From the NCBI GenBank assembly GCA_019358935.1, contig JAHHIK010000003.1, forward strand, positions 64,001 through 128,000: a stretch of DNA of 64,000 nt, written 5' to 3'. The DNA is from Tolypothrix carrinoi HA7290-LM1. Its GTDB lineage: Bacteria > Cyanobacteriota > Cyanobacteriia > Cyanobacteriales > Nostocaceae. The first letter of the stretch is position 1, and each line of letters begins with the position of its first letter. Both the position numbers and the translations under genes were made by a program. Below, one piece after another: positions 1-10,394 of this stretch. The notes beneath the pieces are model-generated. The model had not been told where the DNA came from. It did no database searches and saw only the letters and a list, made by a program, of their open reading frames with translations.

Positions 1-1111
1 AATTGATGCCTCAAACTCAGTCACCGGAGCGCCGTATGCTCTGGCTCTCAGCCCAAATGGTCGCACCGCTTTCGTCGTTGAAACTCAAGGAGCCATGCCA
101 GTCGGAGCAACCCGCAGAGAACAACTTCCACCCGGAAATCAACTGGTTGCGATCAATCTATCAAATCCCCGTCGTCCAGCCGTTCGTAGTCGAATGGCAG
201 TTGCCCCTAAACCTGAAACCGTCCACGTTCACCCAAACGAAGATTTACTGGCAATTTCGACGCAGACTCCAGACAAAGAAATTATCCTGATTCCAGTTCA
301 AGATGGTCAAATTGGTCAACCGATAGAATTTTCACTACAGCAATTAGGAATTCAACCTAACCCAGAGCAATTTCAAAATGGATTGTATGTCAGTCAGGTT
401 CAGTGGCATCCAACTGGGCGCTACCTTGCTATGAATCTGGATTACCGAGATGAAATTGCATTTTACGAAGTGCAGCGCAACCCGAAAGGTAATCTGCAAC
501 TGATTCGGTGGGGTAGCCCCGTGAAAGTGGGTAAAGATCCGTTCACGGGGCAGTTCACCCCAGATGGGCGCTTTTACCTCACTAGCAATTGGGGGCGCAA
601 TTTTGGCGCACAAGTTAAAACCTTAGAACAACGCATACCCGAAACGCGAGGAACCGTCTCGGTGATTCAACTTGCAGAATTAAATACCCCTGCATCCCAG
701 GTTCAGCATCGTGTCGTTTCAACTGCGATCGCCGATCTTTCACCCGAAAGTTTAGCGATCAGTCCAGATGGCTCAAAAGTGGTCACGGTGAATATGCGCG
801 GGACTGCCTTTGCCACGAATTCACCTCGATTTACACGCCAAGCGACACTGAGTTTGATGACGCTTGATCGCACCTCTGGTCGTTTAACTAAAATCAATGA
901 TTATCCGTTTGAAGGTATCTTACCAGAGAGCGCAGCCTTTGATGCTAGTGGCAATGCGCTAGCAGTTGTCGTATATGACTACTTCACCCCAAAACCCGAA
1001 GGTGGAATCGAGTTTTGGCGAGTCCTCCAAAAGCCAAGACCTGAGCTACAACGTACAGGGTATGTGGTCGATGTCGGTCGCGGTGTGCATCAAGTGTTAG
1101 TCGCTCAATGA
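1..1111 (+). CDS. Beta-propeller (lactonase/YVTN-like) protein, 5' end outside the window
   Basis: Frame is open from base 2 (IDASNSVTGAPYALALSPNGRTAFVVE...) and joins the 95..1111 ORF. Repeated blade motifs: ALSPNG, WHPTGR, FTPDGR, ISPDGS, FDASGN. Confidence 0.7.
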   Translation, partial: IDASNSVTGAPYALALSPNGRTAFVVETQGAMPVGATRREQLPPGNQLVAINLSNPRRPAVRSRMAVAPKPETVHVHPNEDLLAISTQTPDKEIILIPVQDGQIGQPIEFSLQQLGIQPNPEQFQNGLYVSQVQWHPTGRYLAMNLDYRDEIAFYEVQRNPKGNLQLIRWGSPVKVGKDPFTGQFTPDGRFYLTSNWGRNFGAQVKTLEQRIPETRGTVSVIQLAELNTPASQVQHRVVSTAIADLSPESLAISPDGSKVVTVNMRGTAFATNSPRFTRQATLSLMTLDRTSGRLTKINDYPFEGILPESAAFDASGNALAVVVYDYFTPKPEGGIEFWRVLQKPRPELQRTGYVVDVGRGVHQVLVAQ

Positions 1112-1345
1112 GTCAAGATGAACCATTAACATTGTTTTGAGTACCTTGAGAAATTCATGCATGGTGGGTGAAGATTCAGTCTGTCGCCATGCTAGAGCCA
1201 GTTTTAGCGTTGGAAAATTTCCGCTTAACGGTCGGTAAACCAATCCTTTCGCACTCAGGTTTTGCATATCAGAAAGCACAAACGTAATGCCAATCCCAGC
1301 TGCTGCTAACCCTAAGCGCGTTTGGGCAAGTTCAGCTTCCTGCAC
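1097..1345 (-). pseudogene. C-terminal fragment of a LysR-family regulator substrate-binding domain
   Basis: VQEA...LGLAAAGIGITFV...GLVYRPL...LALAWR...SP matches a LysR C-terminus. No HTH-encoding sequence upstream. Confidence 0.75.
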
Positions 1346-1397
1346 CCTTTATCTTCTAAGCTTTTTAGGCTATTTCGTCGCCCTAGGTCCGATGTTG

Positions 1398-1546
1398 GAC
1401 AAAAATGGACAGCCTTCTCCTTCTCCTGTCGGAGACGCTTCTCTTCGAGAGGCACGCGGCTACGCGAACAAAGACGCGAAGCGCGAACATCCGCTCATTG
1501 TCGTGGGGGATCGAGGATCTAGTAAACAAGGCTGTCCATTTTTGTC
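1398..1546. mobile_element. MITE-like element with 19-bp perfect terminal inverted repeats
   Basis: gacaaaaatggacagcctt (1398-1416) and its exact reverse complement aaggctgtccatttttgtc (1528-1546). The interior holds gctacgcgaac-type short dispersed repeats. Confidence 0.6.
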
Positions 1547-1624
1547 TACTTTTTGTGAAACCCCGTCAGAGTAAGGGCTTTAGCCCTTTTATTGAGCGGT
1601 TTACCGCTCACTACGAATTCAATT

Positions 1625-3031
1625 TTACGAACACTGTTTTTCTTGCGTTTTCACTTTCTCTAATTTCTTAGGTGGTAAGCCGATTTTTGCCTTATTATAA
1701 AGCCGTTCAAATTCTCGCATATAATGAGCCGCAACTACAGGATTTTCAATGACTAAAAGTGTTTCGTCATTACCATTATTTGCCGCTTCCGACCAATTGT
1801 GAGAACCTGTAATTACGATTTGTCCATCTATCACAGCAAATTTATGATGCAATAAATCACCTTTGGGTAATAAAGGTACACCAACTGTGGTAATGGGATT
1901 TTGCCAAGGATGGTTATTCAGTTCATATTTACATTTGTTCCTGAAAGCAATACCCATCATATCTAATGCTTCACTATATGAACGATAAGCGAATTGAGGT
2001 TCAATCAAAGCGCGAATTTTCACACTTTCTTGATGACGATTTTCTAAGATATTAGCAAGATGCTGTTCGGAAAATACAAACAATGCCATATCTACGTTAT
2101 TTGTAGCGGAATTTAAAGTTTTGCCGATTAAACCGTTACTGCTTTTACTCCAAGGTTGAGTTGGGGAAGTTGGTGAAAACTGCACGGTAATTTTGCTTGC
2201 ACCTAAGCTGATTTTTTCAGGTAAACGCAATGGTTTTTTCAAGCCAAATTTACTATCTGATTTTCCCGCTTGTCCATCGCCCCACATGATGTTAAACTCT
2301 TTGGTGAATAAAGCAGCTAATTCTGGGCTATCTATATTCAATAAATTATTGGCGTTACCTAAAGTGTTAAAATTAGAATAATCTCCATGAATGTCACTCA
2401 AGGTAAAATTAGCCGAAGTAACAATTACAATGCGATTATCGACAATCACAAATTTATGATGCATCAAATCGCTACCTCGTGAATTATCTGCTATATCATC
2501 AACTATAGGGACTTTCGCATTGCGTAAAATCGCCAAAGCATCTCTTTGCTTGATTTCCTCTGAACTAAGTTGATTATCTTTATTAATGTCTACAAATTGC
2601 CGAAATTCTTGATATCTTTCCTTTTCTCTCTTCTCTAGCTTACCAACTTCTGCCGTAGTGAAACTACTCCAAGCACGACTATAGGTATTTTCCAAAATTA
2701 ATCTCACCTTAACCCCAGCTTTTTGTCTATCAACCAACGCTTGTGCAACTTTGGGTAGACGCAATTCTTGTACTGCTACATCTACTGTTGATTTAGCTTG
2801 GTAAATTGCATCAACAATCTGTTTTTCTAAATCATCCCCAAGGCGGGTTTGCTGTCGGTAAGGTTCTTTATATTCTGAAGACTCGGAATGGTTAAAGTAA
2901 ACTTTGACTAATAAATCTTGCGGTAGCGGTTGAAGACGTTTACTGTCAGACTGGACTCGCTGACAACCTGCGAGGGTAAGTACCAGTAAAAAGATAAAAT
3001 AAAAATACCTTTGGAAAGAAAAAATTTGCAC
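1625..3031 (-). CDS. Phospholipase D-family lipoprotein nuclease (cyanobacterial ComA-like), apparently lacking the C-terminal HhH domain
   Basis: Lipobox LAGC. Two HKD motifs (MHHKFVIVD...TSANFT; LHHKFAVID...GSHNWS). Confidence 0.8.
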   Translation of the reverse strand: MQIFSFQRYFYFIFLLVLTLAGCQRVQSDSKRLQPLPQDLLVKVYFNHSESSEYKEPYRQQTRLGDDLEKQIVDAIYQAKSTVDVAVQELRLPKVAQALVDRQKAGVKVRLILENTYSRAWSSFTTAEVGKLEKREKERYQEFRQFVDINKDNQLSSEEIKQRDALAILRNAKVPIVDDIADNSRGSDLMHHKFVIVDNRIVIVTSANFTLSDIHGDYSNFNTLGNANNLLNIDSPELAALFTKEFNIMWGDGQAGKSDSKFGLKKPLRLPEKISLGASKITVQFSPTSPTQPWSKSSNGLIGKTLNSATNNVDMALFVFSEQHLANILENRHQESVKIRALIEPQFAYRSYSEALDMMGIAFRNKCKYELNNHPWQNPITTVGVPLLPKGDLLHHKFAVIDGQIVITGSHNWSEAANNGNDETLLVIENPVVAAHYMREFERLYNKAKIGLPPKKLEKVKTQEKQCS

Positions 3032-3146
3032 CTTAGTCTGCTAATCGTTGGGTGAACAAATTTATAATTCCCAAATAAGAAAGTTTTTCAACGCAGAATT
3101 AGCCAAATGTCAAAAGTTGCCAGCGTGTGTTTTCCCGAAATATAAT

Positions 3147-4334
3147 ATGCAAATTTATTTAGATTACAGTGCGACTACTCCCACTCGCTCTGAAGCGATC
3201 GCCACAATGCAAGCAATCCTCACTCAACAGTGGGGCAATCCTTCCAGCTTACACGAGTGGGGACAACGAGCAGCAACAGTTGTCGAACAAGCGAGAATGC
3301 AGGTTGCCGGATTAATTAACGCAGTCGATCCGCAATCGATTATCTTTACCTCTGGGGGCACCGAAGCTGATAATCTGGCAATTATGGGTATCGCCCGTTT
3401 GTACGCGGTTCCCCAACATATGATAATATCCAGTGTGGAACATTCTGCAATTTCTGAACCTGCGCGATTATTGGAAATGTGGGGTTGGCAAATAACCCGC
3501 TTGCCGGTGGATGCGAAAGGTACAGTAAATCCTGTAGATTTAGAAGCAGCGTTGCAACCTAACACCGTGCTGATTTCCGTGATTTACGGTCAAAGTGAAG
3601 TTGGGACAGTCCAACCAATTGCCGAATTAGGAAATATTGCGCGATCGCACAACATCATATTCCACACAGATGCTGTGCAAGTTGCCGGACGCTTGCCAAT
3701 AAACGTACAATCCTTGCCTGTAGATTTACTGAGTCTTTCCAGCCATAAAATCTATGGATGCCTAGGTGCAGGAGCGCTGTACGTCCGTCCTGGCGTGGAT
3801 TTAGCGCCTTTGTTGAGTGGTGGAGGGCAAGAAATGCGACTGCGTTCAGGTACGCAAGCAGTGCCAAATATTGCCGGATTTGGTGTAGCAGCGGAATTAG
3901 CAGCGCAAGAAATAGTAACCGAAACACCGCGTTTAATTAAATTACGCGATCGCTTGTTTTCCCAATTAGCCGATATTCCTGGTTTAATACCTACAGGTGA
4001 TATGATTTACCGCTTACCTCATCATGTCAGTTTCTGTCTGCAACAAGCCGATGGGGAAAAACTCAGCGGTAAAACTTTAGTAAGACAGATGAATTTAGCT
4101 GGCATTGGTATTAGTGCAGGTGCTGCTTGTAATAGTGGTAAACTTAGTCCAAGTCCGATATTGTTAGCGATGGGTTATTCAGAAAAAGCTGCATTAGGAG
4201 CAATTCGCATGAGTTTAGGACGCGAAACCACTTCCGCTGATGTAGATTGGGTAGCGATGGTGTTTAAGCAGATTTTGGAAAGGCTGACAAGCGAATCATT
4301 AAAGCAACAGCTCCTTCAAATTCGAGTAAAGTAA
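3147..4334 (+). CDS. Cysteine desulfurase (NifS/IscS family)
   Basis: IYLDYSATT, GNPSS, FTSGGTEADN, SSHKIYG (PLP lysine), SAGAAC (catalytic Cys). Start placed at ATG 3147. Confidence 0.93.
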   Translation: MQIYLDYSATTPTRSEAIATMQAILTQQWGNPSSLHEWGQRAATVVEQARMQVAGLINAVDPQSIIFTSGGTEADNLAIMGIARLYAVPQHMIISSVEHSAISEPARLLEMWGWQITRLPVDAKGTVNPVDLEAALQPNTVLISVIYGQSEVGTVQPIAELGNIARSHNIIFHTDAVQVAGRLPINVQSLPVDLLSLSSHKIYGCLGAGALYVRPGVDLAPLLSGGGQEMRLRSGTQAVPNIAGFGVAAELAAQEIVTETPRLIKLRDRLFSQLADIPGLIPTGDMIYRLPHHVSFCLQQADGEKLSGKTLVRQMNLAGIGISAGAACNSGKLSPSPILLAMGYSEKAALGAIRMSLGRETTSADVDWVAMVFKQILERLTSESLKQQLLQIRVK

Positions 4335-4338
4335 TAGG

Positions 4339-5427
4339 ATGAATTCGCTAGGTGTTCCGATGATTGAGGAGAACGAGCTTCTGAAGGATATAGGTTCTGT
4401 TAAGGATTACCTCACTTCATCAAACAGCACACCACTGTTCTTACAGGCTGACAGTTATGCCCTACTAAAGTTATTTCCTGCTGATTGTATCGATTGTGTA
4501 ATCACATCTCCTCCCTATTGGGGACAAAGAGCTTACATTAATGGAGGAACTGGTCTTGAGGACAAGTGGGAAGATTATATCAATAACTTGCTTGGAATCT
4601 TCTGTGAAGTAAAGCGAATTCTTAAACCCAGTGGCTCTTTTTGGCTAAATATCGGAGATACGTATCAGCGTAAATCTCTGATTGGTATACCGTGGCGAGT
4701 TGCACTAGCAATGAGCGATAAACAAGGTTGGATTCTTCGCAACAGCGTCATTTGGAATAAAGTAAAAGGCGCACCTGATAATGCAAAAGACAAACTCCGA
4801 AATGTGTATGAACCTGTTTTCCATTTTGTAAAGACAGACCACTATTTTTACGATGTTGATGCAATTCGCTCGAAGCCGAGACAAGCTAAGGTTGTCAATG
4901 GTTCCGTAATTTCTGCAACAGGCGTTTCTGGTGTACGATATCGTCGCCAAATTGAATTATCTACAGCGCTTAATGATTTTGAACGTACAAATGCCCTAAA
5001 AGCTCTTGATGAAATATTACAGGAAGTGCGACTAGGTAAATTATCTGACTTTCGCATGATTATTCGCGGTCAGCAACGAACTACGCACTCCGATTCAGCA
5101 AAGGTTTCTGGGCGAGCGCGTGAACTTGCTGAACGCGGCTTCTATTTTCTCAAATATCACCCAAATGGTAGTAAACCTAGCGATGTCTGGGATATTTTGC
5201 CAGAAGATACTCAAAAACGGAAACTTCATTTTGCACCCTACCCTGAAGATATTTGTAAACTTCCGATTCTTGCTACCTGTCCACAATCCGGTGTTGTACT
5301 AGACCCATTTACAGGAACAGGCACAACGAATTTGGTTGCATTTCAACTGGGACGAAGCTCGATTGGAATTGATATTTCAGCCGAATACATTACTGCTGCT
5401 CATGAAAGGTGTGGACTACTATCATGA
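4339..5427 (+). CDS. Site-specific DNA methyltransferase, beta class, probably N4-cytosine
   Basis: N-terminal TSPPY catalytic motif and C-terminal DPFTGTGTT SAM-binding motif. HFAPYP motif present. Confidence 0.9.
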   Translation: MNSLGVPMIEENELLKDIGSVKDYLTSSNSTPLFLQADSYALLKLFPADCIDCVITSPPYWGQRAYINGGTGLEDKWEDYINNLLGIFCEVKRILKPSGSFWLNIGDTYQRKSLIGIPWRVALAMSDKQGWILRNSVIWNKVKGAPDNAKDKLRNVYEPVFHFVKTDHYFYDVDAIRSKPRQAKVVNGSVISATGVSGVRYRRQIELSTALNDFERTNALKALDEILQEVRLGKLSDFRMIIRGQQRTTHSDSAKVSGRARELAERGFYFLKYHPNGSKPSDVWDILPEDTQKRKLHFAPYPEDICKLPILATCPQSGVVLDPFTGTGTTNLVAFQLGRSSIGIDISAEYITAAHERCGLLS

Positions 5428-6311
5428 CTAAAGTTGTCGAATTGTACGGGAATCCTACAAACCAATCACTTATCTGGAGTGATATTGCCTCTAGTCAAAA
5501 CTGTCCTTTCCTATCTCGCAAATGTCTCAAGAATAGGAAAAGTGAGCCTGATCTTACTATCGGCTCATGCACAGTTTCTTACGGTAGAGAAGCCCGGAAT
5601 ATTATTATCTGCCCGTTTCGACTTCTTGAGCGTAGTCAAATCTTTACAGATTGTATTCATTTATTGACACTTCATGAGCCTGGTAACGAACTTCGGATTG
5701 TTCCTGAAATTGCAGTACCAGGAGGCAGCATAGATTACTGTCTTGCTTCTGTACGTTCAGGAAAAGTCATCGATTTTATTGGCATTGAATTGCAAACTCT
5801 TGATACTACTGGCACAGTCTGGCCAGAACGACAACGTTTTCTCCAGCTTCATGGTGTTTCAGTCAGAGATGTGGATGTCGCATCGGAGAAAGGTTTTGGT
5901 ATGAACTGGAAAATGACTGCAAAGACAATCTTGATGCAACTCCATCACAAAATTCACACGTTTGAATATCTCAGCAAACATCTTGTTTTGGTAGTTCAAG
6001 ATTGCCTTATTGATTACATGCAACGAGAATTTTCCTTTAAACATATTCAAGATGCTCGTCTTGGAAATCCTATGCATTTTCACTCCTACGAGTTGCTTGC
6101 CGAAGCTTCAGGTTATCGTATTCAACTTACAAAGCGTTGGAGTACAGATGCGAATGGAATTGCACAGTGTCTTGGTTTACAAACCAGCGCAAGACTGGAA
6201 CTAAAAGTAATGTTAAGGCAAATTGAGGAGAAATTACAACAAAGCAGCTTGTTGTCTGTTGGACAGCCATTACCCGTTTCCACACACGAAGATGTTACTG
6301 ATGACAGCTAA
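5424..6311 (+). CDS. Type II restriction endonuclease, NotI family
   Basis: Cys cluster CPF..C.K...G.C...CPFR, then ID...IELQTLDTTG catalytic-type motif and GMNWK. Overlaps the methylase stop codon (ATGA). Confidence 0.8.
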   Translation: MTKVVELYGNPTNQSLIWSDIASSQNCPFLSRKCLKNRKSEPDLTIGSCTVSYGREARNIIICPFRLLERSQIFTDCIHLLTLHEPGNELRIVPEIAVPGGSIDYCLASVRSGKVIDFIGIELQTLDTTGTVWPERQRFLQLHGVSVRDVDVASEKGFGMNWKMTAKTILMQLHHKIHTFEYLSKHLVLVVQDCLIDYMQREFSFKHIQDARLGNPMHFHSYELLAEASGYRIQLTKRWSTDANGIAQCLGLQTSARLELKVMLRQIEEKLQQSSLLSVGQPLPVSTHEDVTDDS

Positions 6312-6450
6312 TAATATTTATTTTGCAAGCGATCGCTGCCTCAAAAATAGCAACAAAATGCAGAAATATAGAACCGAAAATCTAAAATAGTAATTACGGC
6401 ACAAATACGCCTTACAGTTTAATAGAATCTCAAATCTAAAATCGTTTAAA

Positions 6451-7179
6451 ATGGCTGAACTTCCTAATACCTTAGAAGACGCGATCGCTCAAGCACAAGT
6501 CGCTACCCAAGCAGCGCTAGCGGATGGTTATACTCGTCTCCAAGTTGAGTTAGTCTTCCCAGAACTCAAACATATGTCAGTCGCGGAGCAATTTCTACCA
6601 GCTTTTCAAGCATATGATTCTCGTCTGAAAATATTCTTTACAGATGCGGGTGCTGCGGCTCTTGCCCGTCGCGACTGGGCAGATGTACCATTTAAAATTG
6701 AAGATATTGGCAGCGGTAGGGTTGCTTCTCTAGAATCAAAAATTCAGCCAGAAGACGAAATTTTCTTATTTGTCGCTCCTACTTCTGTAGAAGTGCCACA
6801 GCTGGAAAAACTATGTGAATATATAGGCGATCGCCCTTTTGTCCTTTTAAATCCTCGCTTAGATGATGCTGGGATTGTGGGTATTGGTTATACAGCAAGA
6901 CAAGTCCGCGATCGCTTCATTAGCACCCTTGAATCATGTTACTACCTGCGTCCTGTAGATAATGAAACAGGTGTATTTCGCTGCTACCCTCGACAGTGGG
7001 AAGTCTGGGTACAAAAAAGCGGTAATTACGAAAAAATAGCCGATTTACCCAAAAAACCAGCCGGTGACGAGGTGGATCTGATTCTAACAAAAGGTTCGCT
7101 TTCCTCAAATGGTACACGCACGAAAAAGCCCGGTGTATTCAAGAGTTTGCAACGTTTCCTCAAGGCATTAAGTAGTTAG
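6451..7179 (+). CDS. DUF1995 family protein
   Basis: LPNTLEDAIAQA..ATQAALADG..RLQVEL, FTDAGAAALARRDW, LNPRL.D, RCYP..W. Confidence 0.85.
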   Translation: MAELPNTLEDAIAQAQVATQAALADGYTRLQVELVFPELKHMSVAEQFLPAFQAYDSRLKIFFTDAGAAALARRDWADVPFKIEDIGSGRVASLESKIQPEDEIFLFVAPTSVEVPQLEKLCEYIGDRPFVLLNPRLDDAGIVGIGYTARQVRDRFISTLESCYYLRPVDNETGVFRCYPRQWEVWVQKSGNYEKIADLPKKPAGDEVDLILTKGSLSSNGTRTKKPGVFKSLQRFLKALSS

Positions 7180-7227
7180 GAGTTTTAAGTAATATCTGGC
7201 ATCGAATTTTATTAACAGGAAATACTG

Positions 7228-7413
7228 ATGGAACGCTCAAAAATAGTGGCAATTATTACAGGTGCAATTTCGATAATTTTAGCGATCGCCTACCTAATTC
7301 TTGTTCAATTGCTAGACTTTCGAGGTGAGATGAAACCTGCCCCCATTAGCCAACTTAACCAATCAGCAGTCATTACTTATCATCATCCAGCTGATGACAA
7401 GGAGATAAACTAG
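7228..7413 (+). CDS. Small conserved cyanobacterial single-TM protein
   Basis: 61 aa with one hydrophobic helix followed by LLDFRGEMKPAP. AGGA RBS upstream. Confidence 0.7.
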   Translation: MERSKIVAIITGAISIILAIAYLILVQLLDFRGEMKPAPISQLNQSAVITYHHPADDKEIN

Positions 7414-7510
7414 TATTTTTCACTTTCCTTTGAATTGCGTCGTGATTTGAAAATTCTTCAAGGATAAAGGCTGCCTAAGCAGCCCATCAACTGGACTTGA
7501 GACTACTTAT

Positions 7511-8962
7511 TTAAGCGCGAGAAGTGTAAGTATCAACACTATTGATTTCAAATTCACACGCTCTAGAAACTACTTCTGGAGGTAATTCATCAAAACTGAC
7601 TAATGGTAAATAAGAAGGGTTTGCCATTAGTTCTTTTGCCAATAAAAATCCAGTAATAGTCCAGGTTTGAAATTTCCTGGCTTGCTTACCCATCAGTCGC
7701 CCTTTTTTACCATCATAATATTCGGGCCATTCATCATCACTCAAACGTGCTTCGGCAATTTCAATCGCCATTTGTGCCAGATTTGTTCTGTTAGTTTTTA
7801 CCGCTGCTGCTGCCAACATCCACATTAAAACGGGCCAGCTGCCACCATTATGATAAGACCAGGGAATATTTTTCGGGTCACATCCAGTTACAGTTCTGTA
7901 TTCATCATTTTCCAAAGCGGGGAAACAGATTTTCATCGGCATATCTCCCACTAAATCGTCCCATCGTTTCTCGATGAGATTCATAATTGCTTGCGATTGC
8001 TCAACGCTTGCCAGATCGGAAACGATCGCCATCAAGTTTCCGACTGAAAAGAAGCGAGTATCTAGCTGCGAGGGTCCAACATTACCTGCTAGATAACCAC
8101 CTTTTTTTGGCAACCATTTATCTAATTCATAATAGGGAAGAGAATCTGCATATACATTGAAAAGATTAACCGCTGTTTTGCCATATTCTTCACCTTTGAA
8201 GCGATAAATTGCATTTAGGCGATTGATATCTATCCAATAATGCTGACGAATATGAGCGCATAATAGAGGTAAGCGGTTATCAATTGCTTCGACAATATCT
8301 TGATTGCCTTTACAAATTAGTAACTCGCGAGCAGCACGCAATGCAGCATAAAATAGAGTTTGAATTTCTAAAGGATGCCCGTAGATACCTAGACGACGGT
8401 CAATCATACAAGCACCATCTGGAACTAACAGCGTTGGATACATATCAAAGCGAGTCGCCAAGCAAAGTTCCATAATTAACCTGATACCTTTTTGGAATTC
8501 AGGTTGATAAGCTAGAGAAAAATCTTTGGTAGAGATGACATAAGCACGCAATAAAATCATCCACCACAGACAAGAATCAACAGGTGTTACTCTAGCGATC
8601 GCGTGTTCGCCGAAATCAGCTTCTAAAAATTCTTCTCCTTTGTGAGATACAACTTTGAAGCTAGCTGGAATCAAACCTCTACCTGGCTTATAAGCATCTA
8701 ATTCTCTTTCTTTCGGCTGTAACTTTAAGGTTTCTTCGAGAAAATTACGCACAATCTCCGCTCTGCCTTTAATCAGAAAAAGTAACGCAGAAGAAACAAA
8801 ATCTCGAATAAAGCACTGGTCATAATTGAGCGCTTCTACTGATACATCATAGGCAGCTACAGTGCCCACGGGACGTCCTTGATAGTAAAGAATCGATTTC
8901 TCTAGTGCTTCCCATGCCTCTTGGTCTACACTTTTAATTGTTACTAATTCGTTTAGTTGCAT
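7511..8962 (-). CDS. invB: Alkaline/neutral invertase (GH100), InvB-type
   Basis: [56 protein letters not shown]. The InvB assignment rests on the 483-aa length and recalled sequence pattern. Confidence 0.9.
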   Translation of the reverse strand: MQLNELVTIKSVDQEAWEALEKSILYYQGRPVGTVAAYDVSVEALNYDQCFIRDFVSSALLFLIKGRAEIVRNFLEETLKLQPKERELDAYKPGRGLIPASFKVVSHKGEEFLEADFGEHAIARVTPVDSCLWWMILLRAYVISTKDFSLAYQPEFQKGIRLIMELCLATRFDMYPTLLVPDGACMIDRRLGIYGHPLEIQTLFYAALRAARELLICKGNQDIVEAIDNRLPLLCAHIRQHYWIDINRLNAIYRFKGEEYGKTAVNLFNVYADSLPYYELDKWLPKKGGYLAGNVGPSQLDTRFFSVGNLMAIVSDLASVEQSQAIMNLIEKRWDDLVGDMPMKICFPALENDEYRTVTGCDPKNIPWSYHNGGSWPVLMWMLAAAAVKTNRTNLAQMAIEIAEARLSDDEWPEYYDGKKGRLMGKQARKFQTWTITGFLLAKELMANPSYLPLVSFDELPPEVVSRACEFEINSVDTYTSRA

Positions 8963-9989
8963 CGCTCTTTATATCTCCGTTTAGATTTTGTACTTATATT
9001 GTGTCTTGTGGTAGATGTGCCCTGATTATTATTTTTGCTATTCCGATCATAACAAAGACAATTTTTTGAGCAGCAATACAATCAGCTAATAATTTATCCA
9101 GAAATAGCAGATAAAGCTGCTCAATAAGCAGCTTTTCTAAAATTTGGGGTTATTTTGATAAATTGTATTTATACTGAATTAAATCATTTATTTTTTCATG
9201 TAAGTAGTATTAACATAATCGTTTCTAAAAGTGCAGTCAAATATACTTTTCAATGAGGAATTTTTCTGTTTCACATTCGGAATAATTACTTGAAAAACAG
9301 AACTATACCTCATGCGCTGTTTCGGCTTCACATTAAATTAAAGCTGAAACAGCGTATTTACTGAAATTTGATTTAGCTTTTTACACTAGAAATTAAATTA
9401 TTCCCCTATTAGTTAATAATTTATAACGAATTTTCAGAAGATGCAATATAGTTTTAAAATTTTCGTCATCATTTTTTCATAAAAGCTGAATATTTTAACA
9501 TACATATCTTTTCGTTCACATGTGTTCTTATCCAGTTAAAAAGCCAGAGTGCAGCTAGAGAAAGGCATACAGCCTTTACATGATAAAAATGAAAACTTGC
9601 ACGCAGACAAAATGAAAAAAGATGGAGACAAGATAAAGTTATTTTTGAAACAACAATAAAATTTCTACTCCTTAAACTTAAGTAATATTATCGATGCGGT
9701 CAGAGGATTCAAGACTTTTTTCTACTGAAGTTACTCAAAGAGCGATAGCATTCGATACATAATAAGAAAAGCAAATTACTCAGTTATTTACAGACTAAGA
9801 AAGCGAAAATATATAATGTACGTAATTCATAACAAGACTTGTTGCTTGCTTCGACAATAAAACAAGCGTTTGCTACTCTCTCCACGGAAACAGCAATACG
9901 AACTATCGCATAAAGTATGTTTGTTGGATAGTTCTTTTTCTTATGCTGTTAAGATTTAAAATTTATCGTTTGAAATTAACTGTTATTTT

Positions 9990-10003
9990 GTAACTCTTGT
10001 TAC
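9990..10003. promoter_or_regulatory. Putative NtcA-binding site
   Basis: GTAACTCTTGTTAC fits GTA-N8-TAC with extra palindromic symmetry and T-rich flank, in the invB divergent intergenic region. Confidence 0.5.
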
Positions 10004-10077
10004 TGACGTACAAGTAAATATAATATACCCATTTGCAGGAGCCAACGGGTACGGATCGGCAAGAATTTGTAAAATCT

Positions 10078-10105
10078 TCCGGATGAATCTTAAAGTTAGT
10101 GTAAA
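10078..10105 (+). promoter_or_regulatory. Putative DIF1-type (heterocyst differentiation) promoter
   Basis: TCCGGA (10078-10083), then 17 nt, then GTAAA (10101-10105), upstream of the 10395 ORF. Confidence 0.4.
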
Positions 10106-10394
10106 CTACAATTTTAATCAGGTTGCGTCCAGAAGCTAATGCACTACCAACTGAAGGAGCGTAGAAGCTCTGCTTCTTGTCAAAAGACATCGCCCAACTT
10201 TGGCGGTTGGCATGAGTAAATTTGCTTACGCACGTTTTTGTAAAAGCGATCGCTCCGACATAGCAATCTTTATATTGGCTCAGAAGTAATCTAACTTAAT
10301 TAATATGTAGTAATTATACTTGATATTATACAGGGCGTAATTATATGAATAATCTACAGAAAGTTAATTAATCAAGTTTAGCCAGGAAAAATTT

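Noticed and set aside
3048..3146. Longer N-termini from the ORF track (also at 5409, 17418, 19774, 23025, 51001)
   Set aside because: Family homology and RBS position favour the downstream ATG starts.
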